IMG/VR virus record: IMGVR_UViG_3300044765_000092
Span: 158,679-222,678 of that record
DNA length: 64,000 nt
Direction: 5' to 3' (one strand)
DNA from: a virus
Taxonomy: Duplodnaviria; Heunggongvirae; Uroviricota; Caudoviricetes
The notes below the pieces were generated by a model. The model worked only from the letters and a program-made list of their open reading frames with translations, searched no databases and was not told where the DNA came from. Below, piece by piece: positions 24,550 through 34,206 of this stretch. The position numbers were made by a program, and so were the translations under genes. The stretch's first letter is position 1, and the number at the start of each line of letters is the position of its first letter.

Positions 24550-24966
24550 TCAGCCTTCTCCTCTCGCTTCCATGTTGTTGAACTTCTGCTCCAATGCCTG
24601 AGACCTCTTGACGAACTCTTCGACCCGTTCACCGACCAACGATGACGTGAAGTCGCCACCATCGATCTCCTGCAGTGCCAGGACGTAACCGTCCAATCGT
24701 CCGTAGGCTTGCTTGAAGTTGCGAACGCTTGGTTCGTCCTTGTGTTTCTCCAACTCGCTGCACCAGAACTCCGCCGAGGTCACGAGATTGAAAAACCGCG
24801 AAGTGAGGCGGGCTCGCATCATTTCCAACGAAGCTTGGGCAGTGCGAGCCCGATCGCCACCGTCGTGCTCGACCACCGTCTGGATAGCGGTCTCACCGTT
24901 GGACTTCCGTTTGAAGATGTTGTTCCCGTAGAACGTCAGGGACTCCAGGATTTTGGACAGGTTCAT
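24550..24966 (-). CDS. hypothetical protein
   Basis: 138-aa ORF. Confidence 0.5.
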   Translation of the reverse strand: MNLSKILESLTFYGNNIFKRKSNGETAIQTVVEHDGGDRARTAQASLEMMRARLTSRFFNLVTSAEFWCSELEKHKDEPSVRNFKQAYGRLDGYVLALQEIDGGDFTSSLVGERVEEFVKRSQALEQKFNNMEARGEG

Positions 24967-24976
24967 GGCGTTTCTC

Positions 24977-26185
24977 CTATGCGTTGAGCGCGAAGCTGGT
25001 ATCCCCGGCAGCCCCTTCAGGTTCCTTGGGAGGTGCCAGATTCACCATCTGGCGGAACCACTCCGGCATCTGTTGGTAGCGAGACCACGCCAGCTCGTCC
25101 CACGCGTGATACTTGCCTGGACCACGGCCATCGTTCTTGGTGTCAGCCCACGACAGAAACATGAAAGTACGCTGGTCGCCATGGTTGGCAGGCCACGGGT
25201 TAAGGAACTTGCCACCTTCCTTCATACGGTGAAGGCGAGCACGGAAGCCGGAACGGGTATCGTGGTACCCGAAGAGATACAGATCGTCCGGTTCCGGTTC
25301 ATCGCGACTCCATCCACGCCCATTCGACTCGGAAAGCCAGCAGCCAGAAGACATCCAGTGACCGCGGTGCCTGAACTCCATGTTGTTCGGCCGGAAGGCA
25401 TAGTACATCTTCATCGAGTTGATACCTTCCTGGCCTGCTTCCGGCAGATTGCCGTCGTCATCACGATAGCGATAGGTGTCGAAGTGGACGACGACGCCAA
25501 GCTCTCGGTTGGCGTGCACTTCCATCAGGTCAGTAAAGTCCTGCGGCACGTCATTGGTGTCCAGGTGAGCAAACTCGTGATAGTGGACACGCTCGAAGCC
25601 TTCGAGTTCGAGGAACCGACGGATGTCGGTGACCTTCAGGCTCAGGTACTTGCGTTCCCACCGGTCGGTACAGGCGTATCCGGTGTCGGTGGGTTCGACA
25701 GGCCCCTCGTCCTCGGGTTCGTCGTAACCATCGTCATAGTCATCGAGGCCACGCATCGCGGCGCTGAACTCGGCGTCCTCGATGGCCGCTTCGACAACCC
25801 TGGGATGCAAACCTGCGTAGACTTCACGCACAAAGCGCTCGGCCTGACGACAGGTCGAAAACGATTGGGCTCGTCCGTAGCTGTGCGCCTCCGACAGATA
25901 GCCGGCAATGTGGTAGTAGTCTACTGGCGTCCGACTCGTGGTGATGTCGACCCTGCCGTCGTTCATGTACTTGCCGTCACGCTTCTTCCAGAAGAAATAT
26001 GGGTTGCGCGACAGAACCTTTGTCGGATCCATGAACGACGTGTGCTTTTGCATCACCTTCTTGCCCAGCACCTGCTGTTGGCGAATCCGGTGGGACAGCA
26101 CACCGTCGGTCGTGGCAGTGATCAGTACTCGCCAGAATGTGTGACCGGCGCGGAGCTTGTGGGAATTGCTTTGAGTGTAGCGCAT
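24977..26185 (-). CDS. hypothetical protein (about 400 aa)
   Basis: ORF 24977..26278. The ATG at 26183-26185 (MRYTQSN) is preceded by GAGGG. Confidence 0.55.
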   Translation of the reverse strand: MRYTQSNSHKLRAGHTFWRVLITATTDGVLSHRIRQQQVLGKKVMQKHTSFMDPTKVLSRNPYFFWKKRDGKYMNDGRVDITTSRTPVDYYHIAGYLSEAHSYGRAQSFSTCRQAERFVREVYAGLHPRVVEAAIEDAEFSAAMRGLDDYDDGYDEPEDEGPVEPTDTGYACTDRWERKYLSLKVTDIRRFLELEGFERVHYHEFAHLDTNDVPQDFTDLMEVHANRELGVVVHFDTYRYRDDDGNLPEAGQEGINSMKMYYAFRPNNMEFRHRGHWMSSGCWLSESNGRGWSRDEPEPDDLYLFGYHDTRSGFRARLHRMKEGGKFLNPWPANHGDQRTFMFLSWADTKNDGRGPGKYHAWDELAWSRYQQMPEWFRQMVNLAPPKEPEGAAGDTSFALNA

Positions 26186-26195
26186 GATGGGGCCC

Positions 26196-26630
26196 TCAGT
26201 TCGATTGAGTGGATTGGGGAGGTTGAATGGTTTTGACCCGGTCTTCAGCCACGAGCTTCTCCAGTGAATGAAGAGCACACGCCTCGTTGATGGCGGCTGC
26301 CGCGATCTTGGCTGCGAGGTATTCCAGGTCTTGGACCGACACGCGTGGCATCTGCAGCGTATCGTCCGAACCCCAGGTCACGTATTCGCCGTTGCGACAC
26401 TTGCATTTGATCCATTCGCGGACAACGCCGAGCCATTGACCGCCTGTTTTCTGGAGCAGCTCCGTAGAATTGACTGGTGCCGACAAGTCGTCCAGTTGGC
26501 GCTGCACATGATGGATGTCCAGCCGTGCGTTGACGTATTCGTCACCAGACCCCGGCTGGACCTTCGCCAGCTGATCGTGATAGAAGTGCAACGCACAGCG
26601 GATCAGCGATTGGTTGATAAGTCTGAGCAT
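26196..26630 (-). CDS. hypothetical protein
   Basis: ORF 26196..26768. The ATG at 26628-26630 (MLRLINQ) is preceded by GGAGG. Confidence 0.5.
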   Translation of the reverse strand: MLRLINQSLIRCALHFYHDQLAKVQPGSGDEYVNARLDIHHVQRQLDDLSAPVNSTELLQKTGGQWLGVVREWIKCKCRNGEYVTWGSDDTLQMPRVSVQDLEYLAAKIAAAAINEACALHSLEKLVAEDRVKTIQPPQSTQSN

Positions 26631-26725
26631 GCTCAACCTCCAGTGTGGAACAGATAGACGATGCCGCGGTAGAACTCGTAGTCGAGGTACACGGCAAGAG
26701 ACAACACCACCCATGAAAGGATGGG

Positions 26726-27895
26726 TCAGGGCAGGATCACCGGCGTCTTGTACTCGCCCTGCATGCACTGGAGGCAGAGCCAGAACGTCGGGTTCTTGGT
26801 CTGGTCAAAGCGTGTGAAGTACACGATCGGTCCGGAATTGGTGAACACAATCTCCGGGTCAGCACGCGCGACATCAGGTTGGTCGGGCGTGAGCTTGCGC
26901 ATGAATGGGTTGGCTGGATCGAAGCTGATGACCCAGATGGACGACGGGTAGTTCTGCCCAGGTTTGGTGTACTGCGCCAGGACGTAGCTCTTGCCCTGGT
27001 AAACAAACGGTTCGGTCGAGAACCATGTTCCACCATCAGGTGCAGTGGCCGCTTGAGCTTGCACCCAGGAGCCGTTCTGCTGTGTGTAGATGGCAACAAC
27101 ATTCGAGTTGATGACCGTGAGCATCGCCATCTGATTGCCGTAGTCCGGTGCCGTCCACACCCACGGCTGATTCTTGCTACCAGCATCGTAGGTCAATTGA
27201 GTCAGCGCGTGAGCATCGAGATCGTAAGTGAACACCTGTGGAATGCCGGTCGCGGGGTCAACAGCCGGATACACGACAATGTTCTGCGTGTCGGAGAACC
27301 GAACGCCGGGCGTCAGGCCAGTGCCCGTCAGCATCGGGAGCGCCGTTTCGGTCGCCGGATTGGCGACGTCACGCACGTAGTGATTGCCGTAGGCATCGTT
27401 GTACGACATTTTCGGCACACTGTTGTGTGACCGACTCCCATACGGAGCGTTTCGTTGCAACGGTGTCGTCACGTGAGTGGTCCACGTGCCATCGGCGTTG
27501 GGCGTTGCCGCCGCGATTTCACCGGTGGTCGTCGACGGCTGAACGCCTTGCGGGTATCGCGTGTAGACAATGTAGTCCTGTGTCGACGACGTGCCCATCG
27601 CCCACTCGGGTCCGTTGAGCGTGACCCAGAAACTGGAGAACGGCTCGGCCTTGGCTTCGATCAGAAAGCCCTGACCGTTGGCCGGGATCAGATTGCCGGT
27701 CACAGGGTCGAGGCCACAGACCCAGATGTTGCCGTTGCTCATGTCGATCCACGTCACCTGATTGGTGCGGAAATTGAACTCCGGGTCCAGGAGCCAACGG
27801 TATGGAGTGGCCGGCGCCTCGGCCGGGACATAGGTCTGGGCCGAGCACAGGCTGGACAGAACGAGAGCACAGAGGCCCATGATGATGCGTTTCAT
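26726..27895 (-). CDS. secreted protein, possibly beta-propeller-like
   Basis: Signal peptide MKRIIMGLCALVLSSLCSA, with GAGGAG upstream. Confidence 0.55.
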   Translation of the reverse strand: MKRIIMGLCALVLSSLCSAQTYVPAEAPATPYRWLLDPEFNFRTNQVTWIDMSNGNIWVCGLDPVTGNLIPANGQGFLIEAKAEPFSSFWVTLNGPEWAMGTSSTQDYIVYTRYPQGVQPSTTTGEIAAATPNADGTWTTHVTTPLQRNAPYGSRSHNSVPKMSYNDAYGNHYVRDVANPATETALPMLTGTGLTPGVRFSDTQNIVVYPAVDPATGIPQVFTYDLDAHALTQLTYDAGSKNQPWVWTAPDYGNQMAMLTVINSNVVAIYTQQNGSWVQAQAATAPDGGTWFSTEPFVYQGKSYVLAQYTKPGQNYPSSIWVISFDPANPFMRKLTPDQPDVARADPEIVFTNSGPIVYFTRFDQTKNPTFWLCLQCMQGEYKTPVILP

Positions 27896-27934
27896 GAGAA
27901 AACTCCTCAGAGGTTGGTGGTTGTACTGCGGATA

Positions 27935-28090
27935 GTCAGAAGATGTAGGTGAGACCACGGCTGATCAGGGCACCGAGCTGGTAACCCAAGAAGCCGATGG
28001 CAACGATTAGCACCACGAAGAAAAACAGCAGACCGCGCGGGGACCAGCGAAGGCCAAGCTCGATGGCCTTGGTGATGAGTGTGTCGAACA
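27935..28090 (-). CDS. small membrane protein (51 aa), below the ORF-track size cutoff
   Basis: MFDTLITKAIELGLRWSPRGLLFFFVVLIVAIGFLGYQLGALISRGLTYIF, with GAGGG upstream. Fills a 200-nt gap. Confidence 0.35.
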
Positions 28091-28102
28091 TACGTGGGAC
28101 CC

Positions 28103-28429
28103 TCACTTGAGTTGAGGTGTCGCGCCACTGGCCGCCATTTCGATAGCGTCAGCAGACACGAACGGTTGATGGGTTGACTCGGCGGTCAGAGCCACCGATG
28201 CCTTTACGCGATCGAGCTCGATAAGCGTCTCGATCAAAATACCTGTGGCGATGAGCGCCAGCATGACGAGCAGGGCGAGTACGTAGACTTCGCAGTGCCT
28301 CCAAGCCAGTGGCCTACGTTGGCGTTCGCTCTGCCGTTGGCGTTTTTGTGCCGTCGCCAGTGCGTTCTTGCCGATGGCCGTGAGCGTTGAATCGCTGAAC
28401 GGCCAGTGATCAGTTGCCTTGGGGTTCAC
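28103..28429 (-). CDS. membrane protein
   Basis: 108 aa with a transmembrane helix. Confidence 0.45.
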   Translation of the reverse strand: MNPKATDHWPFSDSTLTAIGKNALATAQKRQRQSERQRRPLAWRHCEVYVLALLVMLALIATGILIETLIELDRVKASVALTAESTHQPFVSADAIEMAASGATPQLK

Positions 28430-28460
28430 GATTCCTCCTCCAGTAGTCGAGGTATTTGGG

Positions 28461-28733
28461 TCACGCGGCCCTGACGTCGGTCAAGCAGGAATTGGCGATG
28501 GTCCAGAACTCGACCTCGCGGATGCCCAGCTTATCAGCTGCGTCCCGAACTTCGGCCTGGATCAGCCCCATGATCTCCTGTCGACGGCCAGTCAAGCCAC
28601 CAGCATAGGGCCAACTCTTGGCGATGGACGCCGTGGCGTCCGCCAGATAGAGAGCATCACGCAGGGTCGCGTATGCTTGGCGCGGTGGGACTGCTTGGTC
28701 TTGGGGTTGGCGGTCAGTTGTATTGGCGTTCAT
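28461..28733 (-). CDS. hypothetical protein
   Basis: 90-aa ORF. Confidence 0.45.
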   Translation of the reverse strand: MNANTTDRQPQDQAVPPRQAYATLRDALYLADATASIAKSWPYAGGLTGRRQEIMGLIQAEVRDAADKLGIREVEFWTIANSCLTDVRAA

Positions 28734-28779
28734 GGTTGTCTCATGTGGTTGAGTGTTCTGGGCTGGGACGGCGCGCGCT

Positions 28780-29028
28780 TCAGCGGGAGGTAACCCGGAT
28801 CAGGCCGTTTTCGCCGTGGGCGGCGATCTCGCCGATCAGGAACATGATGTCCTGCGCGGGGCCAGTCGCCCGGGTCAGTGGCACGAGTGAAGAGGTCTCG
28901 CTTTCGTCCGTGATGGTGACGATGGTAGTGTCACCGGTGCGCTTGTCCATCTCGGACAGGGCGTGCTGCACGACCTTGATGTCGGTGTTAAAAACGGCAG
29001 AGAGGCTACGGGTGGTGTGATCGACCAT
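28780..29028 (-). CDS. hypothetical protein
   Basis: 82-aa ORF. Confidence 0.45.
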   Translation of the reverse strand: MVDHTTRSLSAVFNTDIKVVQHALSEMDKRTGDTTIVTITDESETSSLVPLTRATGPAQDIMFLIGEIAAHGENGLIRVTSR

Positions 29029-29089
29029 GATGCGGTCTCCGTGTTGAGTTGAGGCTTGGTTGAGAACTCGTGGCGTATGTGCGCATTGG

Positions 29090-29281
29090 TCAGCGCTTCA
29101 CCACGTAGTAGGGTTGAGCAGCGATGTCGGCCCGAAGTTGTTCGAGCAGCGCACAAATCGCCGGATCGGTCACTCGCCAGCCAGAAGGCGTGAACGTGGC
29201 AAAGCACTGTTCAAGGTCATCGACCTGTTCGGCCTTCATCTGGCCGAGCACTCCCGTGGTTGTTAGTGTCTTGAGGGTCAT
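29090..29281 (-). CDS. hypothetical small protein
   Basis: 63-aa ORF. Confidence 0.35.
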   Translation of the reverse strand: MTLKTLTTTGVLGQMKAEQVDDLEQCFATFTPSGWRVTDPAICALLEQLRADIAAQPYYVVKR

Positions 29282-29296
29282 GATCAGACGCGCCTT

Positions 29297-29587
29297 CTAC
29301 ACCATCAGGTGTTGTTTGTGTGGTTTGACACTGGCTGGAACCACTGACGACTCTGGGGTAGGTGCCGGAGCTGGAGCCGGCGCACGTTGTACCGAAGGTG
29401 GAGTGACACTCGGCACGCAGTTGTGTTGAAACGCGCGAGCATCGAGATACGACGTGATGGCCGAAGCCACGATCCCAGACAGCAGGGCCATCACGAAGTG
29501 AGAAACGTTGGTCATGTTGAACGCCTCCATGAGGGCTGAATTAGAGTTTCCAGTCGCCAACGCCGCGCCAGTAAGCATCACCCTCAC
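29297..29587 (-). CDS. hypothetical membrane protein
   Basis: 96-aa ORF. The start may be the internal MEAFNM. Confidence 0.4.
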   Translation of the reverse strand: MRVMLTGAALATGNSNSALMEAFNMTNVSHFVMALLSGIVASAITSYLDARAFQHNCVPSVTPPSVQRAPAPAPAPTPESSVVPASVKPHKQHLMV

Positions 29588-29897
29588 CGCGAGCTTCTGT
29601 GTCGAAGCACATGTCGGGCAGTGCCTCGACCACCAGACGGACGAGTAGCCAGACTGAAGCGATGGCTTGGCCGCGCTTCACGTGCTGACGCCACGCGCCG
29701 ACGACCGTGCGGTCGGTGCTGGTCATACGAAGGCGCCATCTCTGATAGCTGATAGCGCGAGCAAGCAACACAATCAGCTCAGCAAAGAACCCGGCTAGGC
29801 GCCACAGCGGAATCGCAATCGCGAGGCCAACTGCGAGCCCAAGCCAGAAGCCAACTTGGACGTTGGTGACACAGGTGTCCATCGAAACCATAATCAT
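29541..29897 (-). CDS. membrane protein
   Basis: ORF 29541..30083. The probable start MIMVSMD is at 29895-29897. Confidence 0.4.
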   Translation of the reverse strand: MIMVSMDTCVTNVQVGFWLGLAVGLAIAIPLWRLAGFFAELIVLLARAISYQRWRLRMTSTDRTVVGAWRQHVKRGQAIASVWLLVRLVVEALPDMCFDTEARGEGDAYWRGVGDWKL

Positions 29898-29901
29898 CTC
29901 C

Positions 29902-30246
29902 TCAGTACAGAGTGTGGTGGAAACTCCAGCCACAGCGAAGGCAGTGACCGGCCACGCAACCGCTCTCGGGACCGCCGTAGCTGTCGTCCACCATCTTTGG
30001 ATGTTTGCACTTCTTAGCCCGACGCTTCGACAGAATCGCGTAGGGTTTGGAACGCTTCGGCACTGGACCGTTCGAATCGCCATACCAGTGAGTCGCGACG
30101 TAACGAGCGTGGTCTCTCATCTGCCTGTGAGACCAGTCGAAGCGGCTCGTCATCTTGGTGCCGGGCACCTTGTAGTTGTTCGAGCTGGTGTGATTCTGCA
30201 GCAGCATCATGATCGCCTCCTCAGTAGACCGAGTACCGAACACCAA
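29902..30246 (-). CDS. hypothetical basic protein
   Basis: 114-aa ORF. Confidence 0.4.
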   Translation of the reverse strand: MVFGTRSTEEAIMMLLQNHTSSNNYKVPGTKMTSRFDWSHRQMRDHARYVATHWYGDSNGPVPKRSKPYAILSKRRAKKCKHPKMVDDSYGGPESGCVAGHCLRCGWSFHHTLY

Positions 30247-30520
30247 GGGAGGCCAGGAACTCGCACCGGTCCATGAACGCCGAACCCCACACGTTGTGAT
30301 CGCAGGACAACTCGATCACACCGTCGTGGGCCCAAACCTCGAACGACATCGAGCGGGTGCGGTCCAGCCGAACGATCTGGACATCGGCCAGTGCCAGATA
30401 TTTGTCCGGCTCGTTCGGGTTTTCATCGTCGAGACGATCCAGCTTTTCGCTGTAGAACTTGACCTGGACGTTCGGGTTACCGATCAGGTCGGCGGCGTTG
30501 AAGGAAAGACGTTGGCCCAT
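30221..30520 (-). CDS. hypothetical protein
   Basis: 99-aa ORF. Confidence 0.45.
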   Translation of the reverse strand: MGQRLSFNAADLIGNPNVQVKFYSEKLDRLDDENPNEPDKYLALADVQIVRLDRTRSMSFEVWAHDGVIELSCDHNVWGSAFMDRCEFLASLGVRYSVY

Positions 30521-30561
30521 GATTGGCTCCTGTTGGGTTGTGTGAACGATGGTTGAGTTGG

Positions 30562-30768
30562 TCAGACGACCGCGGCTTCGATATCGAGATCGAGAAGCCG
30601 AGTCGGCAAGAAGACGACGTGGTTGGCGTTCGGCCGTTCGAGAGCCGTTCGCCCGACGATCGAAGCCACTTCGTGCTTCAACGTGTAGACCAGGACGTCG
30701 CGCAGCTTCACTGCGTCGTCAGCAGTCATCGCCGGGTGATCGATGTTGAGTACGAGGTTGATTGCCAT
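30562..30768 (-). CDS. hypothetical small protein
   Basis: 68-aa ORF. Confidence 0.4.
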   Translation of the reverse strand: MAINLVLNIDHPAMTADDAVKLRDVLVYTLKHEVASIVGRTALERPNANHVVFLPTRLLDLDIEAAVV

Positions 30769-30851
30769 TACGGTCTTCTTGGTGGTGGATGTTGAGTACG
30801 AGTCTAGGCCACAAAGGGCCTAAACAATTGGGACTGCATGGATCCGACCGG

Positions 30852-31334
30852 TCAGTGCGTCGTGGCAGGGCGCAAGCTCTTGCGGTCGTAGAGAAAGAGG
30901 CTGCGCTTGCCGACCTTGGCGTGATAACCGAACTTGCCGCTCTGTTCGTCACGAACGAGATCGCTGGTGATCTTGGCTTCGTCGCGCTCGCCGTCAGGCC
31001 CGACGAAGCTCACGCGGTCACCACGCGTGAAGCGCCCCTGGCGGGTCGCCGCCGCTTCGGTGCCGAGCCAGAACTGCTTGACCGCACGAACGAACGCGCG
31101 GTCGGCGGTCGGCGCCTTGACATCGCCGATCACGTGGCGACGCTCGCTGGCTTCGGCGACGAACTTGCCGATTTCGTCGTCCATCTCGATATGCAGCGTC
31201 GGCAGTCCCGCGCTCTTGACGCGATACGCGTCGACGCCGATCTTGCGGAAGCCGACCTTCACGTCGTCGCCGATGCGGACCATCAGGCGGACGGGCTTGT
31301 TCTTCGCGGTGTTGCGGGTGCGGGTTGCATTCAT
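30852..31334 (-). CDS. hypothetical protein
   Basis: ORF 30852..31439. The ATG at 31332-31334 (MNATRTRN) is preceded by AAGGAG. Confidence 0.5.
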   Translation of the reverse strand: MNATRTRNTAKNKPVRLMVRIGDDVKVGFRKIGVDAYRVKSAGLPTLHIEMDDEIGKFVAEASERRHVIGDVKAPTADRAFVRAVKQFWLGTEAAATRQGRFTRGDRVSFVGPDGERDEAKITSDLVRDEQSGKFGYHAKVGKRSLFLYDRKSLRPATTH

Positions 31335-31419
31335 GGTGTAGCTCCTTGGCTGGGTTTGGGGTAAGGGGGCTGGGTTAGGGTTTGCGCCGCCCGTGGTTCG
31401 GACAGTCCTCCCCACAGCC

Positions 31420-31487
31420 ACATGATACCATAAATCCACGACTTTTTACCGCAAAATCGCGAAGAAAAGTGTAACAATTTGTAACAG
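31420..31487 (-). promoter_or_regulatory. candidate host-type promoter: TGTAACA-N3-TGTAACA direct repeat, then TTTTGCGG, then a 17-nt spacer and TATGGT
   Basis: Gene sense: CTGTTACAAATTGTTACAC...GATTTTGCGGtaaaaagtcgtggatttATGGTATCAT. Located between a terminator and the first gene of the next block. Confidence 0.3.
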
Positions 31488-31491
31488 AAAA

Positions 31492-31521
31492 ACGGCCCTG
31501 CGAAGAGGGCCGTTTGGGTCA
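31492..31521 (-). terminator. intrinsic terminator (GGCCCT-gcgaag-AGGGCC followed by GTTTTTCTGTT in gene sense)
   Basis: 18 nt downstream of the stop of the SPFH gene. Confidence 0.6.
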
Positions 31522-31538
31522 CACGTGGTCAACGGTGG

Positions 31539-32456
31539 TTACTGTCGCGGAGTCGGACTGCCGTATTGCTTGCCCACGTCGAGAAACGGGACTGGAGCAC
31601 CTGCGTAGATGGCAGTCGGAAGCTGACCGTTCCAGTTCTTGGCTTTCTGCATCTCGACCTCGATGCGGCGCAGTTCCAGCACATCGCGATTCTGCGCCAG
31701 TGCCGCGTTCTGGATCTTGAGTGCTTCTGCCTCGGCTTCTGCCTTCTTGGTGATGGCGTATGCAGCACCGTCGGCTTGAGCTTTGGTGGCGTTGGCTTCG
31801 GCCTCTGCGGTCACGACCTTGGCACGCTGCTGAGCCTCAACGGTCTTGACCTGGTTTTCGGCCGCGAGTCGCAACTGCTCTTGCGTGACCTTCTGGTTGA
31901 TGGCCTGCATGTAGCTGTCGCTGAAGCTAAAGTTGCGCATGTCGATGTTGATGACATGCGCGCCGTAGATGCCGAGCTTGGTCTGCAGTGCTGAATTGAT
32001 GTCGCTCGACACCCGCGCTCGTTGGGCAATCAGGTCAGGTGCTGTGTACTTGGCGGTCACTGCCTTGAACACTTCCTGAGTAGCGGTCTGCACGTAGCTC
32101 GAGAGGTCACCGTTGTGCGTGTACTTTTCGTAGACCTCGGCCACGCGGTCAGGCGAGATGTTGTAGCGGACGGTCATGCTCACCTTCACGGGTTGCTGGT
32201 CTGAGGTCGAGCCCTCCGCGTCGTTGATATCGGCCTGTTCGGACCGAATGCTAAACAGCGTCAGGTTCTTCCACGGAGGCAGAACCACAAGGCCCTCGGG
32301 TTCGATCCCTTTGATGGCCCCGAATTGGGTGATCACGCCACGCGCGCCAGTGGGCACCGATCGGAACGGCCACAGAGACACGATGGTCACCAGCAAGATG
32401 ATGCCGGCGATCACCGCGCCGACAGCCATCCCAAACATCTTTTCTTTACGATCCAT
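31539..32456 (-). CDS. SPFH/band-7 (prohibitin/HflC-like) membrane protein
   Basis: N-terminal transmembrane helix, band-7 core (...VITQFGAI...), then a long Ala/Glu/Gln coiled coil. Confidence 0.7.
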   Translation of the reverse strand: MDRKEKMFGMAVGAVIAGIILLVTIVSLWPFRSVPTGARGVITQFGAIKGIEPEGLVVLPPWKNLTLFSIRSEQADINDAEGSTSDQQPVKVSMTVRYNISPDRVAEVYEKYTHNGDLSSYVQTATQEVFKAVTAKYTAPDLIAQRARVSSDINSALQTKLGIYGAHVINIDMRNFSFSDSYMQAINQKVTQEQLRLAAENQVKTVEAQQRAKVVTAEAEANATKAQADGAAYAITKKAEAEAEALKIQNAALAQNRDVLELRRIEVEMQKAKNWNGQLPTAIYAGAPVPFLDVGKQYGSPTPRQ

Positions 32457-32489
32457 AGTTCATTCTCTCAGTTGGTTGGAGATCGACGA

Positions 32490-32840
32490 TCACTCGTCGT
32501 CCCATGCTTTAGCACCTTTGGGTGCGGGTTTGGCTCGGATTGTGTTCTTGGATTTCTTCTTGGCAGACTCCTCATCTTTAGACTTGGACTTGCCCTTGTT
32601 GTCACGCGGTTCGAGCGTGCGTGCCTCTTCGTCGACGTTGGCAAGCGCCAGCCTCAGAGCTTTGATCAGTCTCGGTGCGTTGTCCACGTGAACCGACATG
32701 CCCTGTCGGGTGGGGATCCAATCAGCGTTCTCGTCCTTCTTCCAGAACTTGCGAACGTTCAGAAACTTCTCGCCTTCGTCGTTGCGGAACGAATCCACAA
32801 CGATCTTGTTGCTGTCGTCGATCTTGATGGCACGACCCAT
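32490..32840 (-). CDS. hypothetical protein with a Lys-rich tail
   Basis: 116-aa ORF. Confidence 0.45.
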   Translation of the reverse strand: MGRAIKIDDSNKIVVDSFRNDEGEKFLNVRKFWKKDENADWIPTRQGMSVHVDNAPRLIKALRLALANVDEEARTLEPRDNKGKSKSKDEESAKKKSKNTIRAKPAPKGAKAWDDE

Positions 32841-32857
32841 GTCAGGCTCTCCGGTAG

Positions 32858-33490
32858 TCAGAAGCTGTTGTAGCTGCCGTATTTGTACGGCGGCGCGAAC
32901 TTGAAGCTGTAGAACGGAAGCTGTGGAATGCAGAACTTCGAGCTATGAGGAGAAGAAGGACAGCCGTTTTGGTTGAAGTCTTGAACGTTGACCGTTGTAT
33001 TGTTCAGATAGCCGATGGTTCCAGACATGGCGACACCCACCACGTTTTGGAACATCGCAGTCACGAAGTTTTCGGTGTTTTCACGGATGGTCTTGGCGAT
33101 CACGTTGTCGATCGACTGAACGTGTGGCATGATCTGCTCTGTGTAGTTGAGATGCTGAATGTAGTCTGCAGCTACCTTCTTAAACTGCGTGACCACTTCG
33201 GTTTTGATCATGCCGGGCAACGTGTTGGGGTCGTCCTCTGGGCGATACGTGCATTCCGGAATTGGTACCTCGACCTCTACGTACTTGCCGCCGACATACT
33301 CCTGACCCTTCTTGAACCGTTTGTGTCGCGGCCCATTCAGGAATTCTTCCAGTTGCTTGTTGACCATCGCGTCGAACACGTCCTTGGGAATCAAGTCCAT
33401 GAACTGCTTCTTCAGCGTGTCCATCACGCGATCGCGAAAGATCTGGGCGAGATCGACGGTGCCACCACCAGTGGAGAGATCGGATGACAT
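32858..33490 (-). CDS. hypothetical protein
   Basis: 210-aa ORF. Confidence 0.5.
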   Translation of the reverse strand: MSSDLSTGGGTVDLAQIFRDRVMDTLKKQFMDLIPKDVFDAMVNKQLEEFLNGPRHKRFKKGQEYVGGKYVEVEVPIPECTYRPEDDPNTLPGMIKTEVVTQFKKVAADYIQHLNYTEQIMPHVQSIDNVIAKTIRENTENFVTAMFQNVVGVAMSGTIGYLNNTTVNVQDFNQNGCPSSPHSSKFCIPQLPFYSFKFAPPYKYGSYNSF

Positions 33491-33505
33491 ATTATCGTTT
33501 GCTTT

Positions 33506-33913
33506 TCAAGGAAGTTGGAGGAGTTTGTGACCAGTTGGGTCAACAGCTAGGCCACACCACACGATCGGTGGTGCGATGTGGGATTCACAGGAAGCGTGCT
33601 CTGCGGCTTCAGCGGTCACGAACGACTGTGACCAGTAACCTGTCTCGGCGTCGTATTTACGATAGTATCGTAGCTCCGAATACGTGGCTTGTGCATCAGC
33701 CAAGTCAGACAGCAGATGGACCGAATAGACGCCAGTCATTGTCGGAACCTGAACTTCGAGCAGGAACCACTTGGTGAGACGGAGGCGAAGCGCAGCGACA
33801 GGTCGCGACGATTGTGACGGTCTGGCTGTAGTACCGCCACTGCCGCCGCCCCCGGCCTTACTAGATCGAGTAGTCGCCATGATAGGCTCCCGTTTGATTG
33901 TATAGGTAGTCAC
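33506..33913 (-). CDS. hypothetical protein
   Basis: 135-aa ORF. Confidence 0.45.
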   Translation of the reverse strand: MTTYTIKREPIMATTRSSKAGGGGSGGTTARPSQSSRPVAALRLRLTKWFLLEVQVPTMTGVYSVHLLSDLADAQATYSELRYYRKYDAETGYWSQSFVTAEAAEHASCESHIAPPIVWCGLAVDPTGHKLLQLP

Positions 33914-34206
33914 AGCAGGCCCGGTCCATGTCCAGTAAACAACAGGGTGCCGCAGTCAGGATATCGCGTACATTCTGCGAGCAGAATCACGCTCTTGAGC
34001 GCACGCTCAGCCGGATAGCCAAGATCTGCCTTGTCACAGAACTCGCGCACCATGTTATAGGCCGTTGTCGGATCTGGTGCTACTACGTAGGACGTACCGT
34101 AACGGGGTCCTGTGACCGATATTTGCATGCCCTGCAACTCGACTCGATAGAGGTTGAGTTGTTGGACGCCCCACGCGCTCTGTTGTTGGTGATGATCGAC
34201 ACTCAT
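33910..34206 (-). CDS. hypothetical protein
   Basis: 98-aa ORF with 4-nt overlaps to both neighbours. Confidence 0.45.
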   Translation of the reverse strand: MSVDHHQQQSAWGVQQLNLYRVELQGMQISVTGPRYGTSYVVAPDPTTAYNMVREFCDKADLGYPAERALKSVILLAECTRYPDCGTLLFTGHGPGLL

